This document shows, piece after piece, positions 60,803-64,000 of a stretch of DNA of 64,000 nt (within the stretch, counting starts at the first letter, position 1; every line of letters begins with the position of its first letter). The notes beneath the pieces were generated by a model, which saw only the letters and a program-made list of their open reading frames with translations, did not search any database and was not told where the DNA came from. The DNA is from Mobula birostris (taxonomy: Eukaryota): positions 175,422,057-175,486,056 of the forward strand of contig NC_092374.1 of NCBI RefSeq assembly GCF_030028105.1. Direction: 5' to 3'. A program made the position numbers and the translations under genes.

Positions 60803-61250
60803 CTTTATACTTTATACTTTATTGTCGCCAAACAATTGGTACTAGAACGTACAATCATCACAGCGATATTTGATTCTGCGCTTCCCACTTCCTGGATTAC
60901 AAATATTAAATATTAAAAATAGTAAAAGTAATTAAAATCAGTAAATTTTAAAATTTTTAATTATAAATCATAAATAGAAAATAGAAAAATGGAAAGTAAG
61001 GTAGTGCAAAAAAACCAAGAGGCAGGTCCAGATATTTGGAGGGTACGGCCCAGATCCGGGTCAGGATCCGTTCAGCAGTCTTATCACTGTTGGAAAGAAG
61101 CTGTTCCAAAATCTGGCCATACAAGTCTTCAAGCTCCTGAACCTTCTCCCGGAGGGAAGAGGGACGAAAAGTGTGTTGGCTGGGTGGGTGGTGACCTGGA
61201 TTATCCTGGCAGCACTGCTCTGACAGCGTGCGGTGTAAAGTGAACAAGTA
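60803..61250 (-). mobile_element. Rex1/Babar 3-prime fragment nested in another Rex1 3-prime UTR (about 60480-61740)
   Basis: HPANTLFVPLPSGRRFRSLKT..RFWNSFFPTVIRLLNG. Confidence 0.85.
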
Positions 61251-63479
61251 AACAAGTCTATACCCTCGCGAATCAATCCTGACAATATAGATCCCAGGTC
61301 TCCTCCACTTTCCTCTGACAGCATCTAGGGAGAGGGAGAGGAAGACTGTCAAATGCAGGTAAATGGCGCTGAACACCCGCCCATCCTCTACTCTCATCCT
61401 CATCAATTTCAACCTTGCTCGATGTCTCAGTCAGAGAGAAGCAATAGAGTCGATCATGCGTAATGCCGTCGATGCCTCAGTCGGAGAGAAGCAATGGAGT
61501 TGATCATGGGCTCGTACCCTGTCTCCAGGTTGCATGGCCTCCAGGCTGCCCACTCTGGTCCAAACCTCATCGAACTCCCCTCGAAGACAGCAACATGCCA
61601 GACCATTCAATCAGCTCCAAAACACGCCATCAAAATGTAAATCACAGGTTCCAATCGCACACAAGTAGAATCATATCTGAAGAAAGAAGATGTAAATGAA
61701 GTATTTTCATGAAGTGTCAGTAGGACATCGCCGTTGGTCACACTGTTCACTGGCACCATCTTGTCAACCAGTCATTGTCATAGTGACACACAGCACAGGA
61801 ACAGGCCCCTTGAACACCATGTCTGTGCTGACCGTGATGTTAATCCAACTAATTCCATCTATCTGTATATTTTCAGTATCCCTACATCCCCTCCTTGTCA
61901 ATGTGTCTGCCTCTCATACATTGCTATCCTATCTGCCTTCACCACCAATGCTGGAAGAACATTCAACTCAATCACTTCACTCAATCCAATTCAAGTTTAA
62001 TTGTCATTAAACCATACCTGAATACTCATGAATACAGCCAAACGAGACAGCATCACTATGCCCACCAGCTGACACCGTGGCTTTGAGGCTCAGTCCTCAC
62101 ATATACAAGCACATAGAGTTTTGTTAAAACACAACCAGACAAATATATAATTGTATAGTCCAGACAAGCAGTCCATTTAAAATCTTCAGTCGCTTCAACT
62201 GCGTTACACTGCCCTGGTAGAGCGTGATGGCTCGGGCGCCTCACCTTCGGCAGCAGAAAAGCAAATAACCCCACAGCTCGAGGCCTGAGTCCATTGACTG
62301 CCACTAAAAAATCTGCAGTCGGCCACAACAGAGCTTGTCTTCTGCCGACTGAATCTCTGGGAGGGCAGTACCCACTCCATTCTGGACACCATACCACACG
62401 CCCTAGTGAAGCACAACAGCTTCGTCCCCTCACGCCAAGTGGCTGCAAACAGGTGACACCGTGGCTTCAGGCCTAGTCTGCACTACAGCTTAGAACTAGG
62501 CCCCCTCCATCTGCCCCACTCACATCCAATATATCAGCAAATCAAACTTGTGGCATACCATATCAACAATGTCCAAAGGGGTCTTGCACTCACAAGAAAA
62601 GTGACCATGATGGTCACTCACTATTAGACTATAAGCTGCCGTCAAATCAGGCAGCAGCACGTTGTGCAGCTCTTTCATTATCTCCACCAGTGAGCATCTT
62701 GCTGATAGTGTAGACCTGCAGTACTTTGTGTTCTTTTTGTGTAGCAGGATCCTGCGATCATTGGACATATGTGTAGGTAGATCGATAGTGCTTTTTATTG
62801 GCTCCGTAGAAGCTGCTGTGACCAGTCGCTCTGCCATCTTGCTGGAAAAATATCTACCGATATTCAGGGCACTAACCACTGTCTGTGTAAAACCCATGCA
62901 CTGCAGTCTTGTTTAAACAACCTCCCCTCACACATTAAGCCTGCACTTCTAGTATTTAACACTTCCACACTGAGAAAGAGACTTTTATCTGCTATATTTT
63001 TGTCTCTCATAACCTTAAATACTTCCATCAGATCAATGCTCTGCCCCCGATGCTCCAGAGTTTGTCCAATCTCTCCATGTAGCTAATGTTCTCTAATCCA
63101 GCCAGCATCCAGGTGAACATTTTCTGTACCCTCTCTGAAACCTCCACGTCTTTCCTGTAATGGGGTGACCTGAAGGCAAGTATGCCGTCTGCCTTTTTTA
63201 CTGCCCCATCAACCGCTTGCATGCAGCTAGAGATTTGCATGTGAAAATCTCTACGTATATCAATAGTCCTAAATTTACTGGATACTGGATTCAACTGTGA
63301 GGAATCGGAGTCTGGGTTCGCAAGAGCAGAAACAACAGGGGATATCCAGGTGGAGGGACCAGGGAGAAAGAAAGAGGAGGAAGTGCTTTAGAGGGTTTCA
63401 GGGAATGAAAGGGAGAGTTAGGGAGGTGTTTAGATTGGAGAGTAGAGGGCATTGACTTACATTCTGCTGCAGTTGTACA

Positions 63480-64000
63480 AAGTGCAGACTGAATCTGGGT
63501 TTGCATAGATTTGGCATGGTATCTGAAACTTTGACAAACTATGATAGATGCACAGTGGAAAGTATCCTGACTGGTTGCATCATGGCCTGGTAAACAAACA
63601 CCAGTGGCCAAAAACAGAAAAGCCTGCAAAAAATGTTGGCCACAGTGTCGTCCATCACAGGAAATGTCCTCCCCACCACTGAGCCTATCTACAAAGAACA
63701 CTTCCACATGAAGCCATCATCCATCATCAAGAACCCCCAGCATCAGGACATGCTCTCTTCTCACTGCTGTGATCAGGAAGGAGATACAGGAGTCTCAAGT
63801 CCCATACCACCAGATCGGGAAAAGTTATTATCCTTCAACCATCAGGCTCCTGGACCAGCGTGGACATCTTCACTCAGCACAACACTGAAATGATCATTGA
63901 ACACAAACTGTGGACTCATTTTCAAGGATTCTACAACTAATAATATTCCTATTATTTATTAATTTATTTATTCATTTGTTATTATTATTAGTCTTTTCTG
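63480..64000 (+). mobile_element. Rex1/Babar 3-prime fragment, paralogue of 54270-54950
   Basis: Collinear similarity that includes about 100 bp of shared non-TE flank. Confidence 0.75.

Noticed and set aside
46610-64000. MHC class II alpha or another MHC-region gene downstream
   Set aside because: No Ig C1, alpha1 or other recognisable exon found on either strand.
1-64000. The many 60-150 aa ORFs in the track as novel small proteins
   Set aside because: They are TE fragments, antisense shadows of RT frames, or low-complexity purine/pyrimidine tracts. No intact autonomous TE ORF exists in the window.

Overview
Eukaryotic, repeat-dense vertebrate DNA. The repeat families (CR1/HER1-like, Rex1/Babar, Penelope, Tx1, HE1-like SINE) and the gene sequence point to a cartilaginous fish, probably a ray; the taxon is inference. 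The window holds one host gene, a six-exon MHC class II beta-chain gene on the + strand. Its exons are 8571-8667, 22005-22271, 27751-28035, 32773-32889, 45019-45048 and 45708-45733: 822 nt, all introns phase 1 and GT-AG, 273 aa once exon 2 is repaired. Exon 2 (peptide-binding beta1) carries four 1-nt indels that sum to zero but create two in-frame stops; the other exons are intact. The promoter lacks a recognisable S-X-Y module and instead has five inverted CCAAT (Y) boxes at exact 25-bp spacing, an octamer and a TATA-like box. The rest is mostly decayed transposons. These include a three-level CR1>L1>CR1 nest with both TSDs readable, Penelope elements carrying minimal hammerhead-ribozyme motifs eroded by CpG decay, Tigger, Tc1 and Gypsy remnants, and traces of an old tandem duplication with about 9.2-9.6 kb offset downstream of the gene. 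TE boundaries are approximate unless a TSD is quoted.
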